DNA from: Planctomycetota bacterium
GTDB taxonomy: Bacteria; Planctomycetota; MHYJ01; WSZJ01
Direction: 5' to 3'
Length of the DNA: 64,000 nucleotides
NCBI GenBank assembly: GCA_038060895.1
Contig: JBBTCT010000002.1
Location: 64,001-128,000 of the forward strand
The notes below the pieces were generated by a model. The model was not told the origin of the DNA and did not search any database. It saw only the letters and a program-made list of their open reading frames with translations. The position numbers and the translations under genes were made by a program. Positions 1 through 9,293 of the stretch are shown here, in pieces (within the stretch, counting starts at the first letter, position 1; each line of letters begins with the position of its first letter).

Positions 1-31
1 AATTCCCTTCTGATTTTGAGACAAGGACATT

Positions 32-70
32 CGCGGATGAAAGCAGATGACGCGGAAACAGCCGCGGATA
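32..70. repeat. Dispersed CGCGGA-rich repeat (one arm of the palindrome family seen at 29218-29345)
   Basis: 36/39 identical to 29305-29343. Confidence 0.8.
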
Positions 71-108
71 AGGACCTGCAGAAACTCGGACCCGGGTAGG
101 ATCCCCCC

Positions 109-621
109 ATGGACTTCGTCGCCTTCCTCCGAGGCGCCAACGTCGGCGGTGCGCGCGTCTTCAAGCCCGCCGCGTTCGCGCTGAAACTCTGCGTCGGGAA
201 CATCGGCGCGGCCGGGACGTTCGTTGCGCGGAAGCGATCCTCGGCCGCTGCCGTGAAGAAGGAGTTCGCATCAGCGCTGCCGTTCGAAACCGAGATCCTC
301 GTCTCTACCGCGGCGGAAATCGCGGCGCTCGTGAAGCGCGACCCCTTCCGGAAACTCCCGGCCGGCGCGAAGCCGGTCGTCACGATCCTCGCCGCGAAGC
401 CGAAGTCGGTCTGCGACTTCCCTTTCGACCGTCCCGCCGGGCCGAAGTGGGAGGTGCGACTGTTCGAGATCGACGGCGCGTTCGTGCCCGGGTGCTACCG
501 CGTTTTCGGAAAGCTCGGCCACTACCCGAACGAGATCGTTGAGAAAGTGCTCGGCGTACCGGCGACCACGCGCGGCTGGCCCACCTTCCTGAAGATTCAC
601 TCCAGGCTGCAGTCCGGCTGA
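109..621 (+). CDS. DUF1697 family protein
   Basis: N-terminal VAFLRGANVGG and C-terminal ATTRGWPT motifs. Confidence 0.8.
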   Translation: MDFVAFLRGANVGGARVFKPAAFALKLCVGNIGAAGTFVARKRSSAAAVKKEFASALPFETEILVSTAAEIAALVKRDPFRKLPAGAKPVVTILAAKPKSVCDFPFDRPAGPKWEVRLFEIDGAFVPGCYRVFGKLGHYPNEIVEKVLGVPATTRGWPTFLKIHSRLQSG

Positions 622-651
622 CTCGCAACCCGCAACTCGTAACTCGCAACT
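621..651. repeat. Tandem heptamer repeat (ACTCGCA)x4
   Basis: ACTCGCA ACCCGCA ACTCGTA ACTCGCA ACT directly after the stop codon. Confidence 0.85.
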
Positions 652-687
652 GTTGCGGCGAGGGCGAGCCTGCGATAGAACGCCTGC

Positions 688-1446
688 ATGCCTCCGAAAC
701 CCGTCCCTCTTCCCCCCATGCCCGACTTCGTGCGCCAATGCGCGTGGGAGATCGACGAAGCACTGATCCTGGTCGATCTCGTCGGGACGATGGCGTGGGC
801 GAACAAGCGTGCGCAGGCGCTGTTCGGGTACAACGAAACCGAGCTGCTTGGCCGGCCGGTGATGATGCTCTACAGCGCTTCCAATTCGCCGTCGCTCTCG
901 AAAGAAATCGTCGAGGCGACACTTTCCGGCGGGTGGCGCGGCGACATCATGAACGTCATGAAGGACGGGACGGAGTTCCCGTGCCAGATGACGACGACGC
1001 TGATCAAGGACGCCGAGGGCAATCCGGTCGGCATCGCGGGGGTGCTCGTTGACCTGAGGCGCCTGTGGGGGCGGACCCCCGAAGAGGACGGCGAGGCCGC
1101 TTCCGGGCGGATGCTCTCGCGGCTGATCATGGGTGCGGAGGGGGACATCGCGGCGCTGGCGATTGCGGGCGGGCTCGGGATGGACGCGGTGGCGCTTTTT
1201 GATCCGAACGCGCAGATGGCCGGGTACGCGGGGGACCCGTTCCTGAAGGACGAGATGGCGAAGCGGCCGTTTCCGCAGGTGGAGGAAGTGCTGCTGAAGG
1301 AGCTGGGGGCGCGGTGTTCGCTGCAGGGTGTGGGGGAGACGGGGAGCGTGGTGGCGGTGAGTTTTGAGAAGAAGGAAGTGGACGAGGCGGTGAGGGCGGT
1401 TTTCAGGGCGATGCTGAAAATTTTGAGGGTGGATGGGACGACATAA
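688..1446 (+). CDS. PAS domain protein with unrecognised C-terminal domain
   Basis: ILVDLVGTMAWANKRAQALFGY..ELLG and KDGTEFP PAS/PAC motifs. Confidence 0.8.
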   Translation: MPPKPVPLPPMPDFVRQCAWEIDEALILVDLVGTMAWANKRAQALFGYNETELLGRPVMMLYSASNSPSLSKEIVEATLSGGWRGDIMNVMKDGTEFPCQMTTTLIKDAEGNPVGIAGVLVDLRRLWGRTPEEDGEAASGRMLSRLIMGAEGDIAALAIAGGLGMDAVALFDPNAQMAGYAGDPFLKDEMAKRPFPQVEEVLLKELGARCSLQGVGETGSVVAVSFEKKEVDEAVRAVFRAMLKILRVDGTT

Positions 1447-1513
1447 GACATGACGTGGCAACAGGTTGCGGTTGTCATTCAACAGTCGGGATGAGAAAAA
1501 CCGGTGGAGTGCC

Positions 1514-1542
1514 TTGACCCTAGCAGGATCGCGGGTTATCAT
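1514..1542 (+). promoter_or_regulatory. Sigma70-type promoter of tetR
   Basis: TTGACC (1514-1519), 17 bp, TATCAT (1537-1542). Confidence 0.75.
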
Positions 1543-1562
1543 GTGAGTGAACACTCACTCGC
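1541..1562. promoter_or_regulatory. Putative TetR operator 1
   Basis: Palindrome GAGTGA-N4-TCACTC immediately after the -10 box. Confidence 0.75.
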
Positions 1563-1574
1563 GACAAGGACACC

Positions 1575-2159
1575 ATGATCCTCGACGAATCCAAGCAGGA
1601 CACCAAGCTCCCCGCCATCTTGAACGCCGCCATCCGCCTCTTCGTCGAAAACGGCGTCGCTTCCACCACCATCCGCGACATCGCCAAGGCCGCCAAAGTC
1701 GCCGAAGGCACCCTCTACCGCCACTACGACTCCAAGGAAGAACTCGCCCGCGACATCCTCCAGACCAACCTTGCCACCTTTTCCGATTTCCTCGACCGCG
1801 GCGCGCGCACCAAACCCAACCTCGCGGGCCGCCTCGAAGGCATCGCCCGCGCTTTCGCCGAGGCCTACGAAGAAAATCAGGACGTCGCCCGCTTCATCCT
1901 CTTTTCCCACGCCGCCGAAATGGGACGCCTCCCGAAGTCGATGCGCCTCCCCCGCCACGTCGTTCTCGACATCCTGAAGGAAGCAGTGGCGGCGCGCGAG
2001 TTGCCGGCCTCGGCGGACCTCGATCTTCTCCAGGCGATGATCATCGGGGCGTGCTCGCGGCTGCTGCTGGCGAAGGCTTACGGCGAGGTGAAGGGAGACC
2101 TGCGCGAGAAGGCGCCGGAGATGGGTCGCCGGCTGGCGCGGCTGGTGGAGGGGAGATAG
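1575..2159 (+). CDS. TetR/AcrR family transcriptional regulator
   Basis: HTH: ILNAAIRLFVENG..TTIRDIAKAAKVAEGTLYRHYDSKEEL; AAGGA RBS. Confidence 0.95.
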   Translation: MILDESKQDTKLPAILNAAIRLFVENGVASTTIRDIAKAAKVAEGTLYRHYDSKEELARDILQTNLATFSDFLDRGARTKPNLAGRLEGIARAFAEAYEENQDVARFILFSHAAEMGRLPKSMRLPRHVVLDILKEAVAARELPASADLDLLQAMIIGACSRLLLAKAYGEVKGDLREKAPEMGRRLARLVEGR

Positions 2160-2233
2160 ATGCGCGATACGCGGCGACATCTGCGGGCAGGCTCGGCGGA
2201 GGCTGGGAAGAGAGTTTTGTTTTCGTCCCACGA

Positions 2234-2255
2234 GCGAGTGAATGTTCACTCACTT
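2234..2255. promoter_or_regulatory. Putative TetR operator 2
   Basis: 20/22 identical to the reverse complement of 1541-1562. Confidence 0.75.
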
Positions 2256-2702
2256 AAGGAAGAGCCGAAGCCGAGTTCAACACGGGGCTCGCTCAATGCC
2301 GCCATCGGCTGGACCGGCATCGCCGTTGGCCTCGTCGCCGCCCTCTGGATCGGAATGTGGGCGTTCGCTGGCCCCATGCCAGCCCCCGCCGGTTTCGAAT
2401 CCTACGACGCCCTCCCCCGCCGCCTCCTCCGTCTCGCGCACATCGCCGCCATCGCCGTCGGCGCGCTCAACGTCCTCCTTGGCCGCGAACTCCCCCGCCT
2501 CGCGCTGTCGCAGAAATGGAAAACCGCGTGCTCCTGGCTCGCGATCGCCGCGTGGCCCGGACTCACGCTCGTCCTCGCCGCCGCCGCGGTCGCGCCGGAA
2601 GCAAAGTACGCGCTTCCCGCCGGCGCGCTGGCGCTTACCGCTTCCATGACCATTGCCGCCGCCGGAGCGTGGCGGAATCTTTCCAGGAGACCCTGCGAAT
2701 GA
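2238..2702 (+). CDS. Hypothetical membrane protein, about 4 TM (start uncertain: 2160 or 2238)
   Basis: Hydrophobic helices; stop overlaps next ATG. Confidence 0.65.
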   Translation: MNVHSLKEEPKPSSTRGSLNAAIGWTGIAVGLVAALWIGMWAFAGPMPAPAGFESYDALPRRLLRLAHIAAIAVGALNVLLGRELPRLALSQKWKTACSWLAIAAWPGLTLVLAAAAVAPEAKYALPAGALALTASMTIAAAGAWRNLSRRPCE

Positions 2703-3646
2703 TCAGACGACTCTCCCTTCTCGCTCTCGCTCTCGCCGGCGGCTGCAAGGCCGATCCTGGCGATACCCCGCTCAAGGCATGGGACCGCCTCCGCGCGGCC
2801 GTCGCCGCGGACGACTCGGCCGCGGCCCTCGCGTCCGTCAGCGCCGCGACCCGCAGCAAGGAGCTGGCCGGCGCCGAACTGCTGCGCCACCTGCCGCCGA
2901 AGTCTCTTCCGCCGTCGCTTGCCGCCAGGGCGAAGCCGGACGAAACGGTCCCGTGGAGTGCGGAACGGATCGCGGGGGAAACGCTGCTGCTCGCGTACAA
3001 AGGGCTGTGGCAGGTCCCGCTGGCGGAATCGGCCACCGTCGAGACGGTCTCCGCCGGCAGCGCCGCGGTCGTCTCCCTGAACCCGCGCAACCGGGTGCGG
3101 TGGGCGCTCGTCCTGGAAGACGGCGCCTGGAAATTCGACATTGCCGCTTCCCACCTCGCCCCGCGCGAGCCTGGCTCCGCCACCGGTTCGACAACGGAGT
3201 GCGCCAACCGCCTGCGGCAGACCGGCATCGACATCGCGCTGTTCGAGTCGAAGTTCAAGGGCTACCCCTCCGACTGGGCCGACCTCCGCGCGTCGGGCGT
3301 GCAGAGGTCCGATGCCTGCACCCGCTGTTCGTTCGGGGAGACCGCGCCGTTCGAGTACCGCTTCCCCATCGACGGCGACCACGCGCCCCCCGATTGGCTC
3401 ATGGCCTGGGACCCGGAGCTGCACGTCGACGGCAGGCGCAACATCCTGTATTTCCAGGGTCGCGCCGACCTCATCGCGGAGTCCGAATTCCAGAAGCGGC
3501 TCGAGGCGCAGAACAAGAACGTGGCCGGGCGCATCCAGGCGGCGCTGGAGGCCGCGCGGAACGCGGCCGCCGCTTCGCCGGGAAACGCGGTCCTCAAACG
3601 CCGGGTCCGCGGGCTGGAAGAGCTGACGTCCCGCACGTCGAAGTGA
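2699..3646 (+). CDS. Lipoprotein with C-terminal DUF1559/H-X9-DG-like segment
   Basis: Lipobox LALAGGC; ECANRLRQTG and LHVDGRRNILYFQG. Confidence 0.65.
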   Translation: MIRRLSLLALALAGGCKADPGDTPLKAWDRLRAAVAADDSAAALASVSAATRSKELAGAELLRHLPPKSLPPSLAARAKPDETVPWSAERIAGETLLLAYKGLWQVPLAESATVETVSAGSAAVVSLNPRNRVRWALVLEDGAWKFDIAASHLAPREPGSATGSTTECANRLRQTGIDIALFESKFKGYPSDWADLRASGVQRSDACTRCSFGETAPFEYRFPIDGDHAPPDWLMAWDPELHVDGRRNILYFQGRADLIAESEFQKRLEAQNKNVAGRIQAALEAARNAAAASPGNAVLKRRVRGLEELTSRTSK

Positions 3647-3658
3647 AAGGAGTGAAGG

Positions 3659-4969
3659 ATGAAGATCGCGCTCATCGCCGTTTCGGGAGTTCGCGTGCGC
3701 AACACGCTGCTCGACGTCCATAACGTGACGTTGCCGGGGTTCGTGCACCGCGGGAAAACGATTGCGAGCCTGCCGTCGCTTGGCCTCCTGACGCTCGCGG
3801 GCCTGACGCCCGCGGGACACGAGCTCCGCTACTTCGACATGCCGGAGCTCGACACGACGGTTCTCGAAGGGGAACAATTCGATCTCGCCGCGATCAGCGC
3901 CCTCACTGCAAAGGTCGACGTCGCCTACGCAATCGCCGGAGCCCTCCGCGCCCGAGGCACGAAAGTCGTCATCGGCGGCCTGCACGCGAAGATGCTCCCG
4001 CGCGAAGTCGCCCGCCACGCGGACGCCGTCGCCGTCGGCGAGGGTGAAGACCTCTGGCCGCGCATCGTCGAGGACGCGGCGCGCGGGACGCTGAAGCGCT
4101 TCTACGTGGAAGACGCGCCCGGTACCTACGACCTCGCGCGGTCGCCGCTTCCCCGCTTCGACCTGCTCGACATGACCCGCTACAACCGCATCACCGTCCA
4201 GACGTCGCGCGGCTGCCCGCACGACTGCGAGTTCTGCGCGGCGTCCAAGCTGTTCGGGAGGTACCGGAGGAAGCCGGTGGATCTCGTGTTGCGCGATGTC
4301 GACGCCGTGCGCGCCCGCTGGGAGCGGCCGATGCTGGAGTTCGCGGACGACAACACGTTCGCTGATCCGAAATGGGGTCAGGAACTTCTGCGCGGCCTGG
4401 CGGGGCGCGGAGTCCGGTGGTTCACGGAAACGGATTCTTCCCTCGGCCGTCATCCGGAACTGCTGGATCTCCTCGCGCCCGCCGGGTGCCGCCAGCTCCT
4501 GATCGGCTTCGAGTCGCCGCGCGCCGCTTCGCTCCAGGGCCTCGACGCGCAGAACTGGAAGCTCCGCCAGCTGGACGGCTACCGCCGCGACATTGAAGCG
4601 ATCCAGTCTCGCGGCGTAAGCGTGAACGGGACGTTCATCGTCGGGCTGGACGCCGACAATCCCGACGTCTTCGAGAAGATCGAGCGATTCGTGCGCGAGT
4701 CCGGGCTCGCCGAGGTCCAGGTGACCGCGCTCACCCCGTTCCCAGGCACGCGCCTCCACGCGCGCCTCGCCGCCGAGGGCCGCCTCCTCACGCGCAAGTA
4801 CTGGGACCGCTGCACGCTCTTCGACGCCACGTTCCATCCGAAGAACATGACCCTCGAACAACTCGAGGACGGCATGAACTGGCTCTTCGGAAAACTCTAC
4901 AACGACCGCGCCGTCGCGGAGCGGAAGCGCCGCTTCCTCGCGATGGTGCGGGCAAGGAGGGCCGGATGA
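3659..4969 (+). CDS. Cobalamin-binding radical SAM protein
   Basis: B12-binding region (VVIGGLHA, GEGE) and RGCPHDCEFC CxxxCxxC; GGAG RBS. Confidence 0.92.
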   Translation: MKIALIAVSGVRVRNTLLDVHNVTLPGFVHRGKTIASLPSLGLLTLAGLTPAGHELRYFDMPELDTTVLEGEQFDLAAISALTAKVDVAYAIAGALRARGTKVVIGGLHAKMLPREVARHADAVAVGEGEDLWPRIVEDAARGTLKRFYVEDAPGTYDLARSPLPRFDLLDMTRYNRITVQTSRGCPHDCEFCAASKLFGRYRRKPVDLVLRDVDAVRARWERPMLEFADDNTFADPKWGQELLRGLAGRGVRWFTETDSSLGRHPELLDLLAPAGCRQLLIGFESPRAASLQGLDAQNWKLRQLDGYRRDIEAIQSRGVSVNGTFIVGLDADNPDVFEKIERFVRESGLAEVQVTALTPFPGTRLHARLAAEGRLLTRKYWDRCTLFDATFHPKNMTLEQLEDGMNWLFGKLYNDRAVAERKRRFLAMVRARRAG

Positions 4970-5355
4970 ATCCCTGCGCGATCATCATCGCTCTGCTCAC
5001 CGCCGTGATTCTGCTTCAACCGCTGGCGCTGCCGGTCCTCTCGGCCGTTCGACGCAAGGGACCGGCTGCCGCATTGTTCTGGTTTCTGCTTTCACTCCTG
5101 CCCGCGTGCTGGCCCCTGGCGATCGTCGCGGGGCTGAGCGCCGGCTGGGAGGATGTCCTCACCCCCGGCCCCGCCGTCCATACGGGAGAATTCATGCTCT
5201 TCGGCCCGGCAGAGGAGATGTTCCCCGAGCTCGCGCCGATCCTGGCGCTCTTTGCCCTTCCCTCGCTGATGTTCGTCGTCGCCGTCCTTCACGACCGGAG
5301 GCGCCGGCGGCTCGAGCACGATAGACCTGCCCTCACGATCGGAGCTCACTCATGA
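4966..5355 (+). CDS. Hypothetical membrane protein
   Basis: 3 hydrophobic segments; ATGA coupling on both sides. Confidence 0.6.
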   Translation: MNPCAIIIALLTAVILLQPLALPVLSAVRRKGPAAALFWFLLSLLPACWPLAIVAGLSAGWEDVLTPGPAVHTGEFMLFGPAEEMFPELAPILALFALPSLMFVVAVLHDRRRRRLEHDRPALTIGAHS

Positions 5356-6707
5356 CATCGAGTCTGCAGACCGCTCCGCGACGCGCTCCCTCGCCTCACG
5401 AACTTGCGTGGCTCGCCGAGGAACTCCCCGCGTGGACGCGCGACGGCCTTCTCACCGAGGACCAGGCCCGCCGCATCCGCGCCCGCTACGATTTCGCCGA
5501 AATCGATCTCGACCGGCACGCCGGCCCCGGGCGCTTCGTCCAGGCGCTCTCCGTTTTCGGCGCGCTCCTCGTCGGCGCCGGCATCCTCACGTGGATCGCC
5601 GCGAACTGGGACGGCATGAGCGACGCCCTCCGGCTCGGGATGATCTTCGCGTCCGTCATCGGCCTCCAGTGGGGCGGCTACGAGCTCGCCTTCCGCCGCG
5701 GCAACCACCCGCACGTCGGCCAGGCCCTCCTTCTTATCGGCAACCTCGCCTACGGCGCCGGCATCTTCCTCGTCGCCCAGATCTTCCACCTCTCCGGCCA
5801 CTGGCCCAACGCGTTCCTCGCATGGGGCCTCGGCGCGCTCGCGGTCGCCGTGGCCGTCGAAACGGTCCCCGTGTTCGCCCTCGCGGCCGGCGCCCTCACC
5901 GTCTGGGGAATCGGCGAAGCGGCCGAATTCCACGCGACCGGACTCTGGAGCCTGGCCGCTGTCGGCGCACTCTTCGCCGTGTCGTACTGGCGGCACTCGA
6001 AGAGCCACCTCGCCATCGCCGTGCTCGCGCTCGGCGCGTGGCTGGGCGTCGTCCCCTTCGGATGGACGCATTCCGCGAGACTTCTCCCCGCCGTCTGGCT
6101 CGCCGGCGCCGGCGCGCTCGTCGCCGCCGGGGTCCTCCACCGCTCGCTCGGCCGCGCCGACCTCCAAGGCCCGTGGCGCCTCGCCGGCATCGGCGGCGGG
6201 ATGTTCGCGATCTTCCTCCTCAGCATCCGCCCCGTGGCCGGCGAATTCGCGTGGCGCGAAGGCGCCCGCCCCGATGTTGGCGCCGTCTGGGCCATTCTCA
6301 CTCTCGCGGCCGCGGCCGCGGGCTGGGCCCTCGTCGTCGCCACCGAACGCCTCTCCCGCCTCGAAGCCTGGGCCGCGCTCGCCGCCGTCGGCCTCGGCGC
6401 TACCTGGCTGTTCATAGGCACCGACGGAAGCGAAATCCCGATCGCCCTCCTCTTCAACATCGCTCTCTTCTCGGGAAGCGCGGGTCTCGTCGCGCTCGGC
6501 CTCCACGACCGCCGCCCGTCGCTCGCCTACTCCGGCCTGGGCTGGTTCGCGATCGGACTCTTCGCCCTCTACGTCGACTTTGGCTGGGACCGACTCGACC
6601 GTTCGCTGTTCTTCACCGTCGGCGGCCTGCTTCTTCTCGCGGGCGGATTGGCCCTCGAGCGCCAGCGCCGCCGCATCGCCGCAACCCTTCAGGAGGGCCG
6701 CGTATGA
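5352..6707 (+). CDS. DUF2157 family membrane protein
   Basis: W..DGLLT..QA..I; GILTWIAANW; LVAQIFHLSG; next to GDYXXLXY gene. Confidence 0.85.
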   Translation: MTSSLQTAPRRAPSPHELAWLAEELPAWTRDGLLTEDQARRIRARYDFAEIDLDRHAGPGRFVQALSVFGALLVGAGILTWIAANWDGMSDALRLGMIFASVIGLQWGGYELAFRRGNHPHVGQALLLIGNLAYGAGIFLVAQIFHLSGHWPNAFLAWGLGALAVAVAVETVPVFALAAGALTVWGIGEAAEFHATGLWSLAAVGALFAVSYWRHSKSHLAIAVLALGAWLGVVPFGWTHSARLLPAVWLAGAGALVAAGVLHRSLGRADLQGPWRLAGIGGGMFAIFLLSIRPVAGEFAWREGARPDVGAVWAILTLAAAAAGWALVVATERLSRLEAWAALAAVGLGATWLFIGTDGSEIPIALLFNIALFSGSAGLVALGLHDRRPSLAYSGLGWFAIGLFALYVDFGWDRLDRSLFFTVGGLLLLAGGLALERQRRRIAATLQEGRV

Positions 6708-7228
6708 AGCGCCCCATCTTCTTTGCCGCCGCCGTCGCCGTGCAGGTCGCCGTACTCGCGTCCATGACGATGTCGCATTCCCGCGACGTCCGCGAGGGGA
6801 CCCGGGTCACGCTACACGTCGTGCCCATTGATCCTGAAGACCTCTTCCGCGGTCAGTACGTCCAACTAGGCTATGACCACTCGCGCCTCGACCTCACGAA
6901 GATGTGGGAAGGGCCGCGCCCGGTGGACGGTGGCGAGATCTGGCTGCGGCTCGAGCCGCGGGGAACCGCCTGGGTGCCAACGGCCGCGCGGTCGACCCGT
7001 GGCGAGCCGATGCCCGGCGCCGTCTGGATGCGCGGCCACTGCGGGTATCTCAACGGCAATGTCGCGTTGACGCGCTTCGGCATCGAGCAGTTCTTCGTCC
7101 GCGAAGGCCGCGGTCCTCAAATCGAGAGCGCTGTTCGGAGCGGAGCGGTCTTCGCCGAAGTTGCCGTCGGCGCGGACGGGACATCGACGCTGACGGCGCT
7201 GATCGTGAACGGGGAGAGGATCGAATGA
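6704..7228 (+). CDS. GDYXXLXY domain protein
   Basis: PIDPEDLFRGQYVQLGY; FGIEQFFVREG. Confidence 0.88.
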   Translation: MKRPIFFAAAVAVQVAVLASMTMSHSRDVREGTRVTLHVVPIDPEDLFRGQYVQLGYDHSRLDLTKMWEGPRPVDGGEIWLRLEPRGTAWVPTAARSTRGEPMPGAVWMRGHCGYLNGNVALTRFGIEQFFVREGRGPQIESAVRSGAVFAEVAVGADGTSTLTALIVNGERIE

Positions 7229-7725
7229 TCGACGAGGCTGGGGCCAACCAGGAGCGAACGAAGGCGGTTGCCTTTGCTCGAATCCTGGCTCTTGTCACTG
7301 CGTGGGCCCTCCTGATACCGCTGCTGCTGATCTACCTCGACTGCTACGGTCGCGCGGTTCCGGGGGAATACGCGCTCGCCATCATCCTGTTCGGTCCGGC
7401 GGTCTCTCTCGGCGCATTGGCACCCGTCCTGTTTTCAACAGTCGGCTTTCTCGTCTCTGGCCGACCCGGTGCGCTTCGCGGTTGGTCCATCGCCGCGTTC
7501 GTCGCGCTGATCGTGCTCGTGATTCACTCGTACGGCATGTTCGTGGAATTCCTAATCGCACTCATTCCCATCGTGCCGTCGGTCCTGCTCAGCGGACTGG
7601 CGGTCATTGATTGGGCGGACCTGTCGATCCCAGAGCCGGACCCGACACGCCGAATCGAATCCGACGCAGGTCACGACGAGTTGGGACTGGCGCGAATCGG
7701 TAGGTCGCGGTTTTCGCCGAAGTAG
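7225..7725 (+). CDS. Hypothetical membrane protein
   Basis: ATGA overlap; 4 hydrophobic segments. Confidence 0.55.
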   Translation: MIDEAGANQERTKAVAFARILALVTAWALLIPLLLIYLDCYGRAVPGEYALAIILFGPAVSLGALAPVLFSTVGFLVSGRPGALRGWSIAAFVALIVLVIHSYGMFVEFLIALIPIVPSVLLSGLAVIDWADLSIPEPDPTRRIESDAGHDELGLARIGRSRFSPK

Positions 7726-7750
7726 TGGTCAAACGAGGGAGGAGGCCAGG

Positions 7751-8224
7751 GTGTTCGCAGAATCTGAGATTTCTGCCTCAACCCGCTATGAGTCGGCGAC
7801 TCACATGCCGTCAGGCTGCGCACTGGTCATCGCAGCGGGCGTCGGGACTCCACTGCTGTTCCTTCTGACTTGGGTGCTGGGAGGAGAATCGCTGCTGGGA
7901 CCTGTTGCCTGGGTCTCGGGCGCCGTCATGACTTACGTGGGTGCCGCGATTCTCGGCTGCATTTGGCCTCGTGCTGCGCCTCTCAGCGGCCTGCTGCCGT
8001 TCGCCACAACGCCTCTGGCCGCGCTCGTTCTCTCAAGGGAGAACCCCTGGACTTGGCTGTCGAGCGCGCCTCTCCTGTGCATTGGGCTCTTTCCGTTCGC
8101 GTTGCTCGGCGGTTTCGCGGGACGGCGCGCAGCCGGATTCGAGGTGGAAGTCTCCCACCCCGATTCGCGTCCGCTCAGGCGTTACAAACCGCGGAAGGGG
8201 TTCTCTACCGCAACTCCGTCGTAG
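7751..8224 (+). CDS. Hypothetical membrane protein
   Basis: GGAGGAGG RBS before GTG; hydrophobic segments. Confidence 0.55.
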   Translation: MFAESEISASTRYESATHMPSGCALVIAAGVGTPLLFLLTWVLGGESLLGPVAWVSGAVMTYVGAAILGCIWPRAAPLSGLLPFATTPLAALVLSRENPWTWLSSAPLLCIGLFPFALLGGFAGRRAAGFEVEVSHPDSRPLRRYKPRKGFSTATPS

Positions 8225-8250
8225 ACCCTGCCGTGGGCCGGCCGGCCGTT

Positions 8251-8282
8251 ACCTTCGACTTTCAACCTTCGACTTTCGACCC
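8251..8282. repeat. Tandem heptamer array (CCTTCGA/CTTTCGA)
   Basis: Same units as the repeats flanking the four-helix-bundle gene (30084-30122, 30693-30715). Confidence 0.8.
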
Positions 8283-8288
8283 GCCGTA

Positions 8289-8885
8289 CTACGGGTGCAG
8301 CTCCACATCCCAGTACCGCTCGCTCACGAACCTCTCCCAGCTCGCGCGCTTGGCACCCAGCCGAAGCGAGATGAACGGCGTCCAGGGCGGGCGGATGGGC
8401 GACTTCTTGAGGAGCATCATCGCTTCGACGGGGGTGCGGTTCGCCTTGCGGCGGTTGCAGTCGACGCATGCGAGCACGCAGTTTTCCCACGTGGACTTGC
8501 CGCCGCGGGCGCGGGGGAGGATGTGGTCGATCGTCAGCTCTTCCGAGCCGGGCTGGTGGCTGCAGTACTGGCACGTGAAGTGATCGCGCTTGTAGAGGTT
8601 GCGCCGCGAGAACACGACTTCCTTCTTCGGGACCTCGTTGTAGAGGGCGAGGATGATGATCTCGGGGACGCGGATCTGGATGTTGACCGAGCGGATGCAG
8701 GGCTCGCCCTTCGAGACCGCCAGGTCGGTCCACGACTCGAAGTCGTAGGTTTCGTACGAATCGGGGGAGATGGCGCGGGCGAGGCCGCGGTACATCCAGA
8801 CGAGAGCCTTCCGCACGGTCGTGGTGTCGATGGCGACCCACGAGCGGTTCAGGACGAGTGCGCGGCTGTCGAGTGCGGTGTTCAT
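8289..8885 (-). CDS. HNH endonuclease (McrA-like)
   Basis: RDHFTCQYC..LTIDHILPRARGGKSTWENCVLACVDCNRRK. Confidence 0.93.
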   Translation of the reverse strand: MNTALDSRALVLNRSWVAIDTTTVRKALVWMYRGLARAISPDSYETYDFESWTDLAVSKGEPCIRSVNIQIRVPEIIILALYNEVPKKEVVFSRRNLYKRDHFTCQYCSHQPGSEELTIDHILPRARGGKSTWENCVLACVDCNRRKANRTPVEAMMLLKKSPIRPPWTPFISLRLGAKRASWERFVSERYWDVELHP

Positions 8886-9044
8886 GTCGATCCCATTATC
8901 CCCGAAAGGCACCGAAATAATAACGCTGACGGCACGGACTTTCTATGAGGGAAAAGGCGATCGGGTTTGGGAATTCTCGGCGGCGGGGCGGAAAAGTGGT
9001 AGCCGAATGTTAGCGAAGCGACGACAGGCTCGCTGGAGCGGTCC

Positions 9045-9073
9045 TTGCGCGCGGAAAATGGGGCCGCTAGAAT
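9045..9073 (+). promoter_or_regulatory. Promoter of tRNA-Gln
   Basis: TTGCGC, 17 bp, TAGAAT. Confidence 0.65.
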
Positions 9074-9084
9074 CCGCTCGACCG

Positions 9085-9155
9085 TGGGGAGTAGTGTAAC
9101 GGTAGCACGGCAGACTCTGGATCTGCCTGTCAAGGTTCGAATCCTTGCTCCCCAA
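9085..9155 (+). tRNA. tRNA-Gln(CTG), CCA not encoded
   Basis: Acceptor TGGGGAG/CTCCCCA; anticodon arm GCAGA-CTCTGGA-TCTGC; GTTCGAATC T-loop. Confidence 0.96.
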
Positions 9156-9239
9156 TTGAAAAGGGCTGGATCGTGAAATGCGGGGTGGCACGAACGGCCG
9201 CGCCACCCCGCATTTCACGATCCAGCCCTTTTCAATTGG
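9152..9239. repeat. Perfect 38-bp inverted repeat, 12-nt loop (MITE-like)
   Basis: 9152-9189 is the exact reverse complement of 9202-9239. Confidence 0.9.
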
Positions 9240-9293
9240 CGGGAATGCCGGCGGGCTCGCCTCGCTCGCCCGTCCACGGCCACGGAGGAGAAC

